Positions 1-16,871 of a DNA stretch of 64,000 bases are shown here, piece by piece. How positions within the stretch are numbered: position 1 is the first letter of the stretch; each line of letters begins with the position of its first letter. The stretch lies in the NCBI RefSeq assembly GCF_009914755.1, contig NC_060926.1; one strand, 5' to 3'. The position numbers were made by a program, and so were the translations under genes. The stretch comes from the human T2T-CHM13v2.0 reference genome, Homo sapiens. The notes under the pieces were generated by a model. It saw nothing but the letters and a program-made list of their open reading frames with translations. It was not told the DNA's origin and ran no database searches.

Positions 1-360
1 AAAGGTTAACTGAGAGTCTGAGGTCTCCAAAGGTCTGAAAGAAACATTTTCTGTCCATTCTCTCTGAGGACTGCTCCCAGTGAGGTTCCACCTATGTAAT
101 AAGTCCACTCTTGCTAGCCAGGGTCGTTTTCTCACATAACCTTTTTTTTTTTTCCCTGTGATCCAAGACCCCATTCTTTCTGTAAACATCATGTGGTAGA
201 TAAGCTTCTGCACGCATCGTGTGTCTGGGTCTTCGTTCTAAGGGCTCCAGTGTACACACATTGCAGAAACCTGTATGCCTTTTCTACTATGTATCTGCCT
301 CCTATTAGTGATTTTCAGGGAAACTTCAGAAGGCAAAAGGGACATTCTCCTTTAGCCCAT
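1..360 (+). mobile_element. ERV1 (MER4-group, MER34/MER39-like) LTR, 3' part, cut by window start
   Basis: Motifs 'ggttaactgagagtctg...gaaacatttt...ctgctcccagtgaggttcca' and terminal 'ttttcagggaaacttcagaaggcaaaagggacattctcctttagccc' resemble MER34/39-type LTRs; similar to the LTR at 2260-3147. Confidence 0.55.
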
Positions 361-544
361 TCTCAGACAAAATCCCCCAACATTTAACTGATTCCTAATA
401 GCTTAAAATAACTTTGAAAAATCCATATATTTATAACCTTTTCTTGGGTTTTGTTTTTCATTCCATTTACTTCATCCTCGAAAAGATCTATTTTACGTCT
501 ATTTATTCTCATTTATGGACATTGAGAAAAGAAAATAACTTTCA

Positions 545-975
545 TGTGAGAAATGCAAGTCCTTTTAAATAATCAGGCCCAGAGAGATATTCAAATGAGA
601 CAGCAGTTCTGTCCTGCTCCTCTTTGAGCTGTGTGTTCATCTAGGCTGCTTGCTGTTGCCACAGTAGCTATAAATTAACCAATAACGCCACACCAGACAC
701 TATAATCCACACCCAATAATAGTGTAACAGTGTATAGCCAGTCACTAATAAATGTTATTTCCATAAGCCAATGAGAATTTGTGACAAACCTCTTTGGATC
801 ATCCCACTTCTGGACCCTTTTTTGCCTTTAAGAAACTGCTTGTTGCAAAGCTCCAAAGGGAGTTCATATCCAAGGATACTTGGGTCTGTTTCTTCCAGGC
901 AGCTGTCCTCATCGTGGCTCAAGTAAAATCTTTGAATTACGTTGTGTGCTTCAGCCCCTTCCACTTAGATTAACA
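545..975 (+). mobile_element. Solo ERV1-class LTR (MER67-like), degraded
   Basis: Starts TG and ends CA, ~430 bp; 3' motif 'gctgtcctcatcgtggctcaagtaaaatctttgaattac...ttagattaaca' is typical of this LTR group; subfamily uncertain. Confidence 0.45.
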
Positions 976-1091
976 ACATGGATTTGTGTCACCATGTACG
1001 GCAATTAAAATGTTCACACTTTTCCCCTCGAGGGCACTGATGTGTTTTCCTGAGCACTTGGAATAGCTACGTAGTGTTTACTGTCTAGATT

Positions 1092-1280
1092 ATGGTTTCT
1101 CAACCTTGGTGCTACTCACCTTTAGGACCAGAGGATTCTTTGTTGTGGGAGGCTTCCCTAGCAATGCTAGGTGTTTCGTTTGACCTCTACATTTCACACC
1201 TCCACCAGTCTTGACATCCCCACAATAACCCTAGACATTGACAAATGTCTCCTGGGGAAAACTCTCCACAAGTTGACAGT
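1092..1280 (+). mobile_element. MER20 (hAT-Charlie) DNA transposon relic
   Basis: 'ggtttctcaaccttgg...ttctttgttgtggga...ctagacattgacaaatgtctcctgggg' matches MER20 hallmarks. Confidence 0.75.
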
Positions 1281-2259
1281 CAAAGTTCTGGAAATATTGG
1301 AACTGTCAATTGAGATTTTATGTTATCCAAAACAAATATTTTTCTTTGTTTTTAAACATCTACTTCCATCTACTTATCTACTTATTTTTACTTTTATTTG
1401 TAACTTAATTCCATGAAGGAGAGAGAGTGCATTTTCTGTTATGCTAAATTTTTGAAGAATGTATTGATTTTTTCTGACCTGATATATGGATGATATGTAG
1501 ATAGTACATGTTTGTATTATCAAATTTCAGGACGATAATAAAATAAATACTTATAATATTTATATTGTCACTGTATATTAGTTATTTTCTTTCTTCACTA
1601 CAGGAGTTTTTCAACCTATAGGCTATTTTTCAATTCTAGGTTATCCAGTAGATTTTGAAATGTTATGATTAATTATCTACTTCTCAAGCATTCATCTTTG
1701 CAAATGAAACAATCCCAAGCTCTTATAATGCACATCATATAAAGGGCAGATTAGTCAATATATGGTTCAGAAATAATTATGTAATATTTATAAGAAAATT
1801 ACAAATTTAGATCCTTAATTCAGATAACAATAATCCAAATTAAAATTTGATTTCATTACATAATGTAAAATGACACCAGAATACTAGTAAAAATGTAGAT
1901 AAGTTTATATAATCTTTTTCAGCTGTAGGACTTCATTAGCATAAATTCAAATACAGGAATCAAAGTAAGATTGAGACCTATTGTCGAAGGTTAAAATGTA
2001 CACATTATAGGGGCATGATTAAACTAATTTAAAGCATAATATCATGGAGAAATATTGCAAAACATACATTTTACTGAATTAATTGTTAATATCTAATCAT
2101 TATGTGAGAACAAAATTAAAGAGTAGCTACACATCCACACACCGACACACAAGTGCAATATTGTCAAATAAAAGATGTGCAGCTACACTAGAAATCACAC
2201 CTGTGTTTTCTTCACAGAAGAGTAAAGATTAAAAATCACAATAATATTTATTGTACATA

Positions 2260-3147
<888 letters not shown>

Positions 3148-4517
3148 GAGAAAAGACAAATATGTAGGTGACAAATAATATTTAGAGTGTAAGACTCTTT
3201 TTAAAGGTATATTTGCAATTTGTGTCAAAACATTTAAATATACATTTGTTATTTTAACTATAAAATTTCAAATAATTTAAGCCAAATACATAGTATATGC
3301 AGAAAATTTAGCAATATATCTATGTAGCACCTTACTGTGCATTACTGTAACCAGCCATCTAATATAAAGAATTAATTAAGGTAGCACCTACTTTTCAAAT
3401 AGCGCATTTTTTCACAGACCTATTAAATGAGACAAATAACATTTAGACTTTACTTTTAAATGTGCAGAATAGTAGTTTTCAGCAGATGGTTTATTTTAGC
3501 AAATTCCATCTTCACATTGTGCTATGCTTTTATGAGTTCCAGCTGTTAACGGATACTATTTTACTGCTGAAACTATCATGTGTGATGTAATTGCTCATCA
3601 TGTGCCTTAAAACACAAGGAATATAATTATTTTCAACTTGGAGCAAATTAAAATCTTATCAACAATTTAAAAACTCTAGAGTCGTCTTCTTCTGGTTAAT
3701 TGTTTTAAACTTGTATTTTTCTCTTTATGTTTTTAGTGAGTTGTCTTATCAAGGAGAAGAACTCAAGCTGCTTATTCTTTTTTTTCTCTTCCATCCACCT
3801 CGCAGGTGTGTTAATAATTTCATTTCTCAGAAAATGTTCTTTCATATCCATCTTACAAGATGAGAGACCTTTTAACATCTTCCATTCGGATGTGATACCA
3901 GTAATGGAAAATATTCCAGCTTCATGAATATGGTGATACAAATAGTTATCCGTCTAACCTCTTTCAGTGCCAAATGTTTACTTAACTCAGTGAATTACTC
4001 AGTTGACTGGTAATTTCTTCTGAAATTGCTAATGAGAGGATCAGAGGTCTGGCTGTTGTCTGTACCTCATATGACTCCCAGTGCAGACAATTGTTTCTAT
4101 GGAGCACAGACAGTTGAAAGGACTGACTTCCTGCCTGGAATAGTTTCTGCTGTGCTTCTTATCCTTCTTGTGGAGATTTCAGATTATCTGAATTGCTTTT
4201 CTAACTTAAGAAAAAACGCAACAATTCTCCCACATGAGAGGAATGTAAACTGTAGTAAGTTAGCAGAACCAATCCGTAAAGTTTTTACATTGTTTGTTGC
4301 AAAATGCAGCGCTGGTGTCTCCATCACTAACCTTTTCTATCCCTCAATGCTCTTTCTTTGACTGCAACAGGATACCTCTAGGCAAATCTGTATTCCCGAG
4401 ACAGAGTGCCCTTTTGGTGAGCTATAAGCACACTCAATGGTAGGCTGAAATACTAGCTTTTATCTATGGCGAAATGGAATCATATCGGTGATTTTTTTTA
4501 AAAGGAAATTTAACTCT

Positions 4518-4720
4518 TGCTATGGTTTGAATGCTTGCCCCTTCCAATCTCAGGTTAAAATTTGATCCCCAATGTTGCTGGTGGGGCTTACTGGGAGGTG
4601 TTTGGTCATGAGGTTCGACCTTCATGAATGGATAATACCCTCCCTTAGGAATCTAAAGCTATCCTCCCTCCTCGGTGCCCTCAGGAATGAGTGTACCATT
4701 CTTTATTCACCTGTAATTGC
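4518..4720 (+). mobile_element. MaLR LTR fragment (MST/MLT1A-like)
   Basis: 'tgctatggtttgaatg...aaatttgatccccaatgttg...gtgggg...gggaggtgtttggtcatgagg'; orientation uncertain. Confidence 0.7.
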
Positions 4721-4749
4721 CCCACCCATCCTTTTTGAGATATTAATTA

Positions 4750-7010
4750 CATGTATGTTACACTGCTGCATATTGTCTGACGTATCAGTGAGTTTCTGGC
4801 TTTCTTATTTTAGTTTACCCTTTGTCCTTTAGTTTGTAAAGCTTCTATTTTGTTCTATAAATATTCTGATGTTAGGGTAAAATCCATTACTTATTCTATC
4901 TCATGGAATTTTTATTTAAAATATTTATTTTTCATCTATACATGCCCCATTTTTCATTTTATAACTTCTATTTTTCTCCTATGTTCAATTTTCATTTAAG
5001 TACCTTGACATATATATGTATTTATCTATATGTATTTATAAAATATATTTACTTTAAGGACCTTGAAATTTCCTTCTTTTCTGTCATTTATAAATGACTT
5101 ATTTTTATCCTGTTAATATATATCTTAATTATATATATCTTACGGCTTCTTTGCATGTCAGAGTTTTTTTTGGGGGGGGGTATTTTGGTGTTATGCTATT
5201 GAATATCTAGATTTGATTGGCTACCTTTGAACAATGTTGTGGCAGGCAGTTCAGTAACTTCAGGATGAGTATTTTTCTGTTGTTGCTTTAAATCTCCTCT
5301 TTAAAATTTGTTGAGTTAGTCTAGAGCCATCTGTAATTTGGAGCTAAATGAGCACTGTCACTAGGGCATGAACCTCCAGTGGTCTTTACTGAATATCCTG
5401 GAGGTACAGAGGGGATTCCCATCTCTGGCTGGTCACAACTAACGTGTCTTCCTGTCATGTGATGCCAGGGAAGTGTTCTTCTTCCAACTCCCTGGTAGAG
5501 TCTTTTGCTGAGCTCCTTAGAATTTCATCCTATGTACATTTGGCTTAGGGACTTGGGAGAATCCTTAGGCTGATTCTTGGTTCCTTTTTCTGTAAACGTT
5601 CTCTTCTACTACACATTCCAGCTACTTAACCTTTTTTGATTTTTATCTGGTTCCTCAGTGCAATGACAATGTCTGCTGTCTCTGGGATTCTTCTCTACTG
5701 CTGTCACGGAGAATCTGGGAATAATGCAGGACTCATTCTGGCTCCTTCTCTTCTCTTGCAGAGCACAGTCCTGCGCTGCCGATGTTCAGTACTTCAAAAA
5801 AATGTTTCATATATTTTGTCCTGTTTACTATTCTTTAACTCTAAAAGAGTAACTCCAGTCCAAGTTACAGCATCATGTTCTGTAACTCTACTCCTTGTTG
5901 CTTCATTCTGCCATTGTCTGGTATGATCTCCCCTTTCCCTTCTGTAATCAGGCCAAGAGCATAATATAATACTAGTTAAAACTGCACAGCTTGCCTCCGT
6001 TGTGTAAAAAAATCACTGAGACTTAACTGTGTCCAACTTTTAAAATGTGAATATAAGTACAACTAAAGCTATATTTTGGTTAATATTTGCATTGCATGCT
6101 TTTCCATTATTTACTTTCAACATATGTGAAATATGAATATAAATTATAAAAACTTTAAGAGAGTCCATTTAAAAAATCTGGTCTGGTTATATTTTACCTG
6201 GTTTAATACAACGTGTATTCTTGGATTCAGGGTCTAATATAATTGGTCCATTTGTCTATTTGCAAAAAAAAAAAAAAAAAAAACTTGACAATATTTTAAA
6301 ATTAATTTATCCAACTCACAACTTATATGCTTCTGCCATTGTACGGAAGACATATTTTAAACTTTATGAGATAGCATTCTGTTATACAGTCGATATCCAA
6401 TTAAATTTCTCTCTATGTTTATTTCTTTCATTAAAAAAATTGTTCTTCTAAATGCAAATTTTCATCAGGGATCATGGCTCTTCTCCCTGAAGAATAATGT
6501 TTAGTATTTCTTTTCCTGTGTGTCTGCTTGGGAGAAATTCTTTATTGTATCTTTGTTTTGATGGATATGTCCACCAAGTAGACAGTTCTAGGTCAGCACT
6601 TATTTTATTTCAGGACTTGAAAGATATCAGTACCTCACTTGTTGGCTTTCGTTGTTTCATTTGAGAAAGTTGTTATCAGTCAACTCTTTCTCTTTGTAGT
6701 TAGTCCAATTTTTTTTTTATCAAGTGCTCTTTACATTTTTCTTTTACTTTTCAGAAATTGCCCCATTATGTTTCTAGATGTGTCCTCTGTGTGTGTTTTC
6801 CTTTGCTTTGAAAAGTCTCCTGAACCTGAGGTTTAATATTATTGGTCAATTTTGATAAAACCTCTAACATTGCCACTTAAAATGCTGTTCAGACAAGCTG
6901 TTTTCTCCTTCTTAGATTTCAACGTGTTAGATTATTACTCTATCCTTCATATTTTTTAAATGACCTTTCTCTACTATTTTTTTAAGTTGGTTAATGTGTA
7001 TTAGTGTATA
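4750..7010 (-). mobile_element. Ancient L1M fragments (ORF1/5' region), heavily degraded
   Basis: T-rich antisense L1-like phrases such as 'acagtcctgcgctgccgatgttcagt...aatgtttcatatattttgtcc' and 'agttctaggtcagcacttattttatttcaggacttgaaagatatc'. Confidence 0.45.
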
Positions 7011-7245
7011 TTTTGTTTTTTTATTTTATTTTATTTTATTATTATACCTTAAGTTTTAGGATAAATGTACACAATGTGCAGGTGTTTAACATAAGGGTTC
7101 ATGTGCCATGTTGGTGTGCTGCACCCATTAACTCGTCATTTAGCATTAGGTATATCTCCTAATGCTATCCCTCCCCACTCCCCCCACCCCACAACAGTCC
7201 CCGAAGTGTGATGTACCCCTTCCTGTGTCCGTGTGTTCTCATTGT

Positions 7246-11065
<3,820 letters not shown>

Positions 11066-11128
11066 TATGATGTTAGCTGGTTATTTTGCTCGTTAGTTGA
11101 TGCAGTTTCTTCCTAGTCTTGATGGTCT

Positions 11129-12135
11129 TTACAATTTGGCATGTTTTCGCAGTGGCTGGTACCAGTTGTTCCTTTCCATGTTTAGTGCTTCCTTCAGGAG
11201 CTCTTTTAGGGCAGGCCTGGTGGTGATAAAATTTCTGAGCATTTGCTTGTCTGTAAAGGATTTTATTTCTCCTTCACTTATGAAGCTTAGTTTGGCTGGA
11301 TATGAAATTCTGGGTTGAAAATTACTTTCTTTAAGAATGTTGAATATTGGCCCCCACTCTCTTCTGGCTTGAAGAGTTTCTGCTGAGAGATCAGCTGTTA
11401 GTCTGATGAGCTTCCCTTTGTGGGTAACCGGACCTTTCTCTCTGGCTGCCCTTAACATTTTTTCCTTCATTTCATCTTTGGTGAATTTGACAATTATGTG
11501 TCTTGGAGTTCCTCTTCTTAAGGAGTATCCTTGTGGCGTTCTCTGTGTTTCCTGAATCTGAATGTTGGCCTGCCTTACTAGATTGGGGAAGTCCTCCTGG
11601 ATAATATCTTGCAGAGTGTTTTCCAACTTAGTTCCATTCTCCCCGTCACTTTCAGCTACACCAATCAGACGTAGGTTTGGTCTTTTCACATAGTCCCATA
11701 ATTCCTGGAGGCTTTGTTCATTTCTTCTTATTCTTTTTTCTCTAAACTTCCCTTCTCCCTTCATTTCATTCATTTCATCTTCCATCACTGATACCTTTTC
11801 TTCCAGTTGATTGCATTGGCTCCTGAGGCTTCTGCCTTCTTCACGTAGTTCTCGAAACTTGGCTTTCAGCTCCATCAGATCCTTTAAGCATTTGTCTGCA
11901 TTGGTTATTCCAGTTATACACTCGTCTAATTGTTTTTCAAAGTTTTTAACTTCTTTGCTATTGGTTTGAATTTCCTCCTGTAGCTCACAGTAGTTTGATC
12001 ATCTGAAGCCTTCTTCTCTCAAATCATCAAAGTTATTCTCTGTCCAGTTTTGTTGCTGGTGAGGAACTGCGTTCCTTTGGAGAAGGAGAGGCACTCTGCT
12101 TTTTAGAGTTTCCAGTTTTTCTGTTTTCTCCCTAT
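11129..12135 (-). pseudogene. L1 ORF1p, start codon lost; 248-aa C-terminal frame still open
   Basis: ORF 11129-11875 (WDYVKRPNLRLIGV...ARREWGPIF...YPAKLSF); the expected ATG reads ATA at ~12133-12135. Confidence 0.9.
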
Positions 12136-12262
12136 CTTTGTGGTTTTATCAACTTTTGGTCTTTGATGATGGTGATGTACAGATGGGTTTTTGGTGTGGG
12201 TGTCCTTTCTGTTTGTCAGTTTTCCTTCTAACAGACACGACCCTCAGCTGCAGGTCTGTTGG

Positions 12263-12391
12263 AGTTTTCTAGAGGTCCACGCCAGATCCTGTTTGCCTGG
12301 GTATCAGCAGCGGTGGCTGCAGAACAGCGGATTTTCGTGAATCACAAATTCAGCTGTCTGATCATTCCTCTGGAAGTTTGGTCTCAGAGGA
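12263..12391 (-). promoter_or_regulatory. 129-bp L1 5' UTR segment (ZNF93-binding region of L1PA3-6, deleted in L1PA2/L1HS)
   Basis: Extra sequence between 'caggtctgttgga' and 'tacccggccgagtgaggtgtcag', which are adjacent in L1HS. Confidence 0.75.
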
Positions 12392-12711
12392 CTACCCGGC
12401 CGAGTGAGGTGTCAGTCTGTCCCTACTCGAGGGTGCCTCCCAGTTGGGCTGCTTGGGGTTCAGTGACCCACTTTAGGAGGCAGTCTGCCCATTCTCAGAT
12501 CTCCAGTTGCGTGCTGGGAGAACCACTACTCTCTTCAAAGTTGTCAGACAGGGACATTTAAGTCTGCAGAGGTTACTGCTGACTTTTTGTGTGTCTGTGC
12601 CCTGCCCCCAGAGGTGGAGCCTACAGAGGCAGGCAGGCCTCCTGGAGCTGTTGTGGGCTCCACCCAGTTCCAGCTGCCTGGCTGCTTTGTTTACCTAAGA
12701 AAGCCTGGGCA

Positions 12712-12966
12712 ATGGCGGGTCCCACTCCACCAGCCTCGCTGCTGCCTTGCAGTTTGATCTCAGAGTGCTGTGCTAGCAATCAGCAAGACTCCATTGGCAT
12801 AAGACCCTCTGAGCCAGGTGCGGGACACAATCTCCTGGTGTGCTGTTTTCCAAGCCTGTTGGAAAAGTACAGTATTAGGTTGAGAGTGACCCTATTTTCC
12901 AGGTGCAGTCTGTCACCCCTTTCTTTGACTAGGAAAGGGAACTCCCTGACCCCTTGTGCTTTCTGA
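12712..12966 (+). CDS. L1 ORF0 (antisense 5' UTR ORF), open, 84 aa; expression unknown
   Basis: MAGPTPPASLLPCSLISECCASNQQDSIGIRPSEPGAGHNLLV... matches primate L1 ORF0 (MAGAPPPASLPPCSLISDCCASNQRDS...). Confidence 0.7.
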   Translation: MAGPTPPASLLPCSLISECCASNQQDSIGIRPSEPGAGHNLLVCCFPSLLEKYSIRLRVTLFSRCSLSPLSLTRKGNSLTPCAF

Positions 12967-13164
12967 GTGAGGCAATGCCTCGCCCTGCTTCGGCTCCCAC
13001 ATGGTGCACTGCATCCACTGTCCTGCACCCACTGTTTGGCACTCCCTTAGTGAGATGAACCCGGTACCTCAGATGGAAATGCAGAAATCACCCGTCTTCT
13101 GCGTCGCTCATGCTGGGAGCTGTAGACCAGAGCTGTTCCTATTCAGCCATCTTGGCTCCACCCC

Positions 13165-13706
13165 TCATTTCATTATTTCATCATTTCACTTCATTTTGTC
13201 ATTTCATTTCATCATTTCATACCATTTCTTCATTTCATCATTTCATCTTTTCATTTCATTTCATCATTTCATTTCATTTCACCATTTCACTTCATCATTT
13301 CATTTCAGCATTTCATTTCATTTCCTCATTTCATTTCACCATTTCATTTCATCATTTCATTTCATCATTCCATTTCATCATTTCATCTTTTCATATCATT
13401 TCATCATTTCATTTCATTTCATTTCACCATTTCACTTCATCATTTCATTTCAGCATTTCATTTCATTTCCTCATTTCATTTCACCATTTCATTTCATCAT
13501 TTCATTTCATCATTCCATTTCATCATTTCATCATTTCATTTCATTTCAGCATTTCATTTCATTTCACCATTTCATCTCATCTCATCATTTCATTTCATTT
13601 CATCATTTTGTCATTTCATTTCATTTCTTCATTTCATCATTTCGTTTCATCATTTCATCATTTCATTTCATTTCATGTCATCATTTCATCATTTCATTTC
13701 ATTTCA
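13165..13706 (+). repeat. (CATTT)n/(CAT)n degenerate simple-sequence array with an internal 145-bp duplication
   Basis: Read directly; block 'accatttcacttcatcatttcatttcagcatttc...' starts at both 13281 and 13426. Confidence 0.95.
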
Positions 13707-14579
13707 GTGATACATGTATTTAAGTGCTAATGTGATGCCCAGGAGACACCCTATTTCCCTTTGTAAAACACCTCCTTCAACAGAAGTCAACCTCTCATGG
13801 CTGGCTAAGTCTACAGGGATACCAGCCTCTCTTCAACCACCCAATTTGATTCAGAACCTCAAACAGCACCTCAGTTTCATAAAAACCTAAAACATAAACA
13901 CAACACTTGGTTGTAAGTGAGCCAACAGTTTCTTGTCTCTTTCTCTGCTCAAGGCTTAAGGCCGTGTCTACCCAACTATGTTCAGTGGAAGAAAAGATCC
14001 CCTGGACAAATAAGTTTGAGAACTGTTTTTGCAGGACTTCTCAGAACCTTTAAAACACAAATCGTCATCCGCAGGGATCTTCAGGAGGGAGATGGCTGAT
14101 GCAGCACAAATTTCTTTCACAGGAGTATCTTGCAGAATACAGTATGAGATGCACAAAGGCTGCATTGAGTCTTTTTAAGGGACTGGGCCTTTGTGGCATT
14201 GGGGTAGGAGCTCTCCAGATAGCATCTAATGAGTAGAAACATTCAGGTTGCTTTTTTTTTCCTTACTGGCAAAACTGTGTGTGCATCATGAATGAAGCCG
14301 GTCTCCCTTATCCATATCAAAACTAAACCCCAATTAATTGGCTAAATTGGGACTCAACACCTCCAGGAGCCATGCGGAAGAAAGCCCCACCACACTTTAA
14401 AGTAGCTTACCTCATATTTGATGAAAGCAAAACGCTTATGACCAGTGTGCTGCTAATACAAGTCAACAGATAATGCTGTATGAAAAATTATTTTTCCCAA
14501 TCATAGCTAGCATAGTCCACATTTTGCATTATACTTTCCCCCCCTTTTTTTAAATTTTAAACACTGGTCCTTTTCTTTC

Positions 14580-14723
14580 CTTTTTTTAAATATTAATTTA
14601 ATTATACAAGACAGAGTCTCAGTATGTTGCCAAGGCTGGTCTTCAACTCCTGAGCTCAAGCGATACATCCGTCTCTGCCTCCCAAAGTGCTGAGATTACA
14701 GGCCTGAGACACTGTGCCTGGCC
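14580..14723 (-). mobile_element. Alu monomer (FLAM_C-like)
   Basis: 'gacagagtctcagtatgttgccaaggctggtctt...ctcccaaagtgctgagattacagg...cctggcc'. Confidence 0.85.
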
Positions 14724-15087
14724 TTAAACACAAATCTTAATTCATTCTTACAATTATCCTGAGGTTAGAAAAATGGAAGGGGAAGAAAAATGGCAAGCAG
14801 GTAGGCTGACTTCGGCTTCATTATTTGGAAGGACAGTTTGCTCCATTAAAACACACTGCTGCCCACAAAAGCCAAGACAACAGAAACATACAGACATATA
14901 AATAGATTTTATATGTGACAGCGGTTTGAATGGAAACTTTTTCAATACAAATGACAAACAGCTGTCCTTGGGAATAAATGACAACGAATTTTTTTATCTC
15001 AACACCTGTCCTGAGAGCACGTCTCTACATCTCTACCTGCATTCTGGAGTCAGGGAGAAAGTCAAAACGGACGACAAGACACTAGAT

Positions 15088-15279
15088 CAGCTGTGTCCAA
15101 CCCTTTGACTACAAGGACTTTTCAGCCTATCTGTGGTGGTGGGTATCATGAAAATTATGCACAAACCTTTTTTTCTTTAAGCTCCTCAGCTATCATTAGC
15201 AGTAGTGTATTTTATCTGTGGCCCAGGAGCATTCTTCTTCCAATGTGGCCCTGAGAAGCCAAAAGACTGGACACCTGTG
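15088..15279 (+). mobile_element. MER30 (hAT-Charlie) with 8-bp TSD CACTAGAT
   Basis: Termini 'cagctgtgtccaa' and 'ctggacacctgtg'; CACTAGAT at 15080-15087 and 15280-15287; internal 'gtattttatctgtggccca...ttcttcttccaatgtggccc'. Confidence 0.85.
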
Positions 15280-15386
15280 CACTAGATCAAAAGGCTACTC
15301 CTTCTGGAAGCAATTGTAAAGAATTTCTGACATTATCTTGACATGAAAACCAATCGATAGTGAGACAGAATGCAAAATCTTCAAGA

Positions 15387-15663
15387 ATTTTTCTTGTTGG
15401 TTTTTCTTTTTTGAGTCAAGGTGTTGCGTGTGGCCCAGGCTGGAATACACTGGTGAGATCACAGCTCAGTGCAGGCTCAAGTGCTCCTCCCTCCTCAGCC
15501 ACAGTAGTAGGTAGGACTACAGATGTGCACAACCACCCCTGGCTACTATTTTTTTTTTTTTTTTGTAGAGACGGGGTCTCACTATGTTGTCCAGATTGGT
15601 CTCAAACTCCTTGACTCAAGTGATCCAGGACAGGATAACAGGCGTGAGCCACCACACCTGGCC
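15387..15663 (-). mobile_element. AluJ-type element with internal deletions
   Basis: 'ttttttgagtcaagg...gcccaggctgga...ttgtagagacggggtctcactatgttg...caggcgtgagccacc'. Confidence 0.85.
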
Positions 15664-16129
15664 ATGTGCATGAACTTTTAAGACAAACACAGGGCCCCAC
15701 AAAAGTTAAGGTTTTCCCACCTAATTTCCAGGAGATCTTTTGGTGCAAGGATGAGAAACCCTTAAAAGTACACAGAAAACTCCAAAGATTCAAGAGAGTT
15801 CATTCGGGCTGAGCCAGCCCACTGGGCAGACTGACCTTCAAACAAGGCCCACCCATGACATACACCAGATGGCTCTCCAAGAATCTCTCTAGTTCTCAGG
15901 GTCCCTAAGGTACTGGACAGAGCTAGGGAGGCAAACCCATTTGCTTCTTCCTGCAGGAAACCCCTTGAGGTCAAGACCCCACAATCAGACGAGGATGGAG
16001 TGGCTCACCCTCAGTCAACAGGCCAGACTCAAGGTGTTATAATGTCTTAACCAAGGGTGCGGGCCTCCAGGTCTGACTCCCAACTCACTGCTCCTTTAGT
16101 AACCACTCTTTGTTAATTCTCCTTAACAG

Positions 16130-16203
16130 GGGTTCCTGGCAAGTCATTTCTCCCTCAGGCCTTCGGTTTCCTCACCTACAAGATGAGAGGGCTGGACCAG
16201 ATG
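16130..16203 (+). mobile_element. MIR core fragment
   Basis: 'ggcaagtcatttctccctcaggccttcggtttcctcacctacaagatgagagggctggaccagatg'. Confidence 0.65.
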
Positions 16204-16487
16204 GCAATTCGGGAGGTAAGGGGATGTCCGCGTGCAGCCCACCCCGCCCATGGGCCCCTCGAGCATCCATCACAGTTCCCAACACGCAACCGCTCCACAA
16301 ATCCTGCCCAAGGTGAGGGCTGGTCCCAGGTCCTCCGGCTGCCGCATCAGCGAGTGCAGGAGGGAGGAGAAGCCTCCAAAGGGGCGACGTGGGCTCAAGG
16401 ATGCAACTCGGCCAGGAGTGAACTGGGGCCCAGATGGAGGTGTCCAGTCTGGTGCTGGAGCCCAGCCCTGGTCCCTGACCCCCTTAC

Positions 16488-16718
16488 CTCCAGGGTCCGT
16501 ATCTCCTGCTGGGTGAGGTCCTTGGACACAGCGCACTTGGTGCGCAGCCCGCGCAGGCTGCCAATGGAGATGCCGATGAGCTTCTGGAGCTGCCCGCACT
16601 GCTGCAGCGCCCGGCTGGCCGCGGCCCCTGTGCCTCCCTACGCGATAGCCGCGTCACCCCCGCCACTGCCCTCCTTCTTCTCTCCCATTGCAGCCGAGCG
16701 CAGCGCCGCTCTATGCGG
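16488..16718 (-). pseudogene. KSR1P: Unprocessed duplicated fragment of KSR1 (kinase suppressor of Ras 1) coding exon 1; KSR1P-type pseudogene
   Basis: Minus strand from 16688 reads [66 protein letters not shown], preceded by RAALRSAA; matches the KSR1 N-terminus; splice donor GAG|GTAAGG at 16488/16487; in-frame TAG at 16638-16640. Confidence 0.92.
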
Positions 16719-16871
16719 GCTGCAGCAGCCCAGGAGCGGAGCCCTGGGCGCCGGCGTCTAGGCAAGGAACCCCTGATTCGGGAGAGCTGGACCAGGAGCG
16801 CCCCTTGGCGCTGCCTTAGTCAGGACGCCGGTAGAGCTGGCAGCCAAGTCTGCGGATCCAGCCCTCAGACC

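Noticed and set aside
3770-3950. Acceptor-like 'tctttttttctcttccatccacctcgcag|' and short ORFs at 3705-4361
   Set aside because: No recognisable protein similarity or partner exons; motif alone is insufficient.
13001-13730. 240- and 206-aa His/Phe/Ile/Ser-rich ORFs
   Set aside because: They arise because (CATTT)n lacks stop codons.
16183-16765. ORF-track proteins over the KSR1 exon (192, 109 and 93 aa)
   Set aside because: Antisense or alternative frames of a GC-rich exon; the KSR1 frame is the one with the stop.
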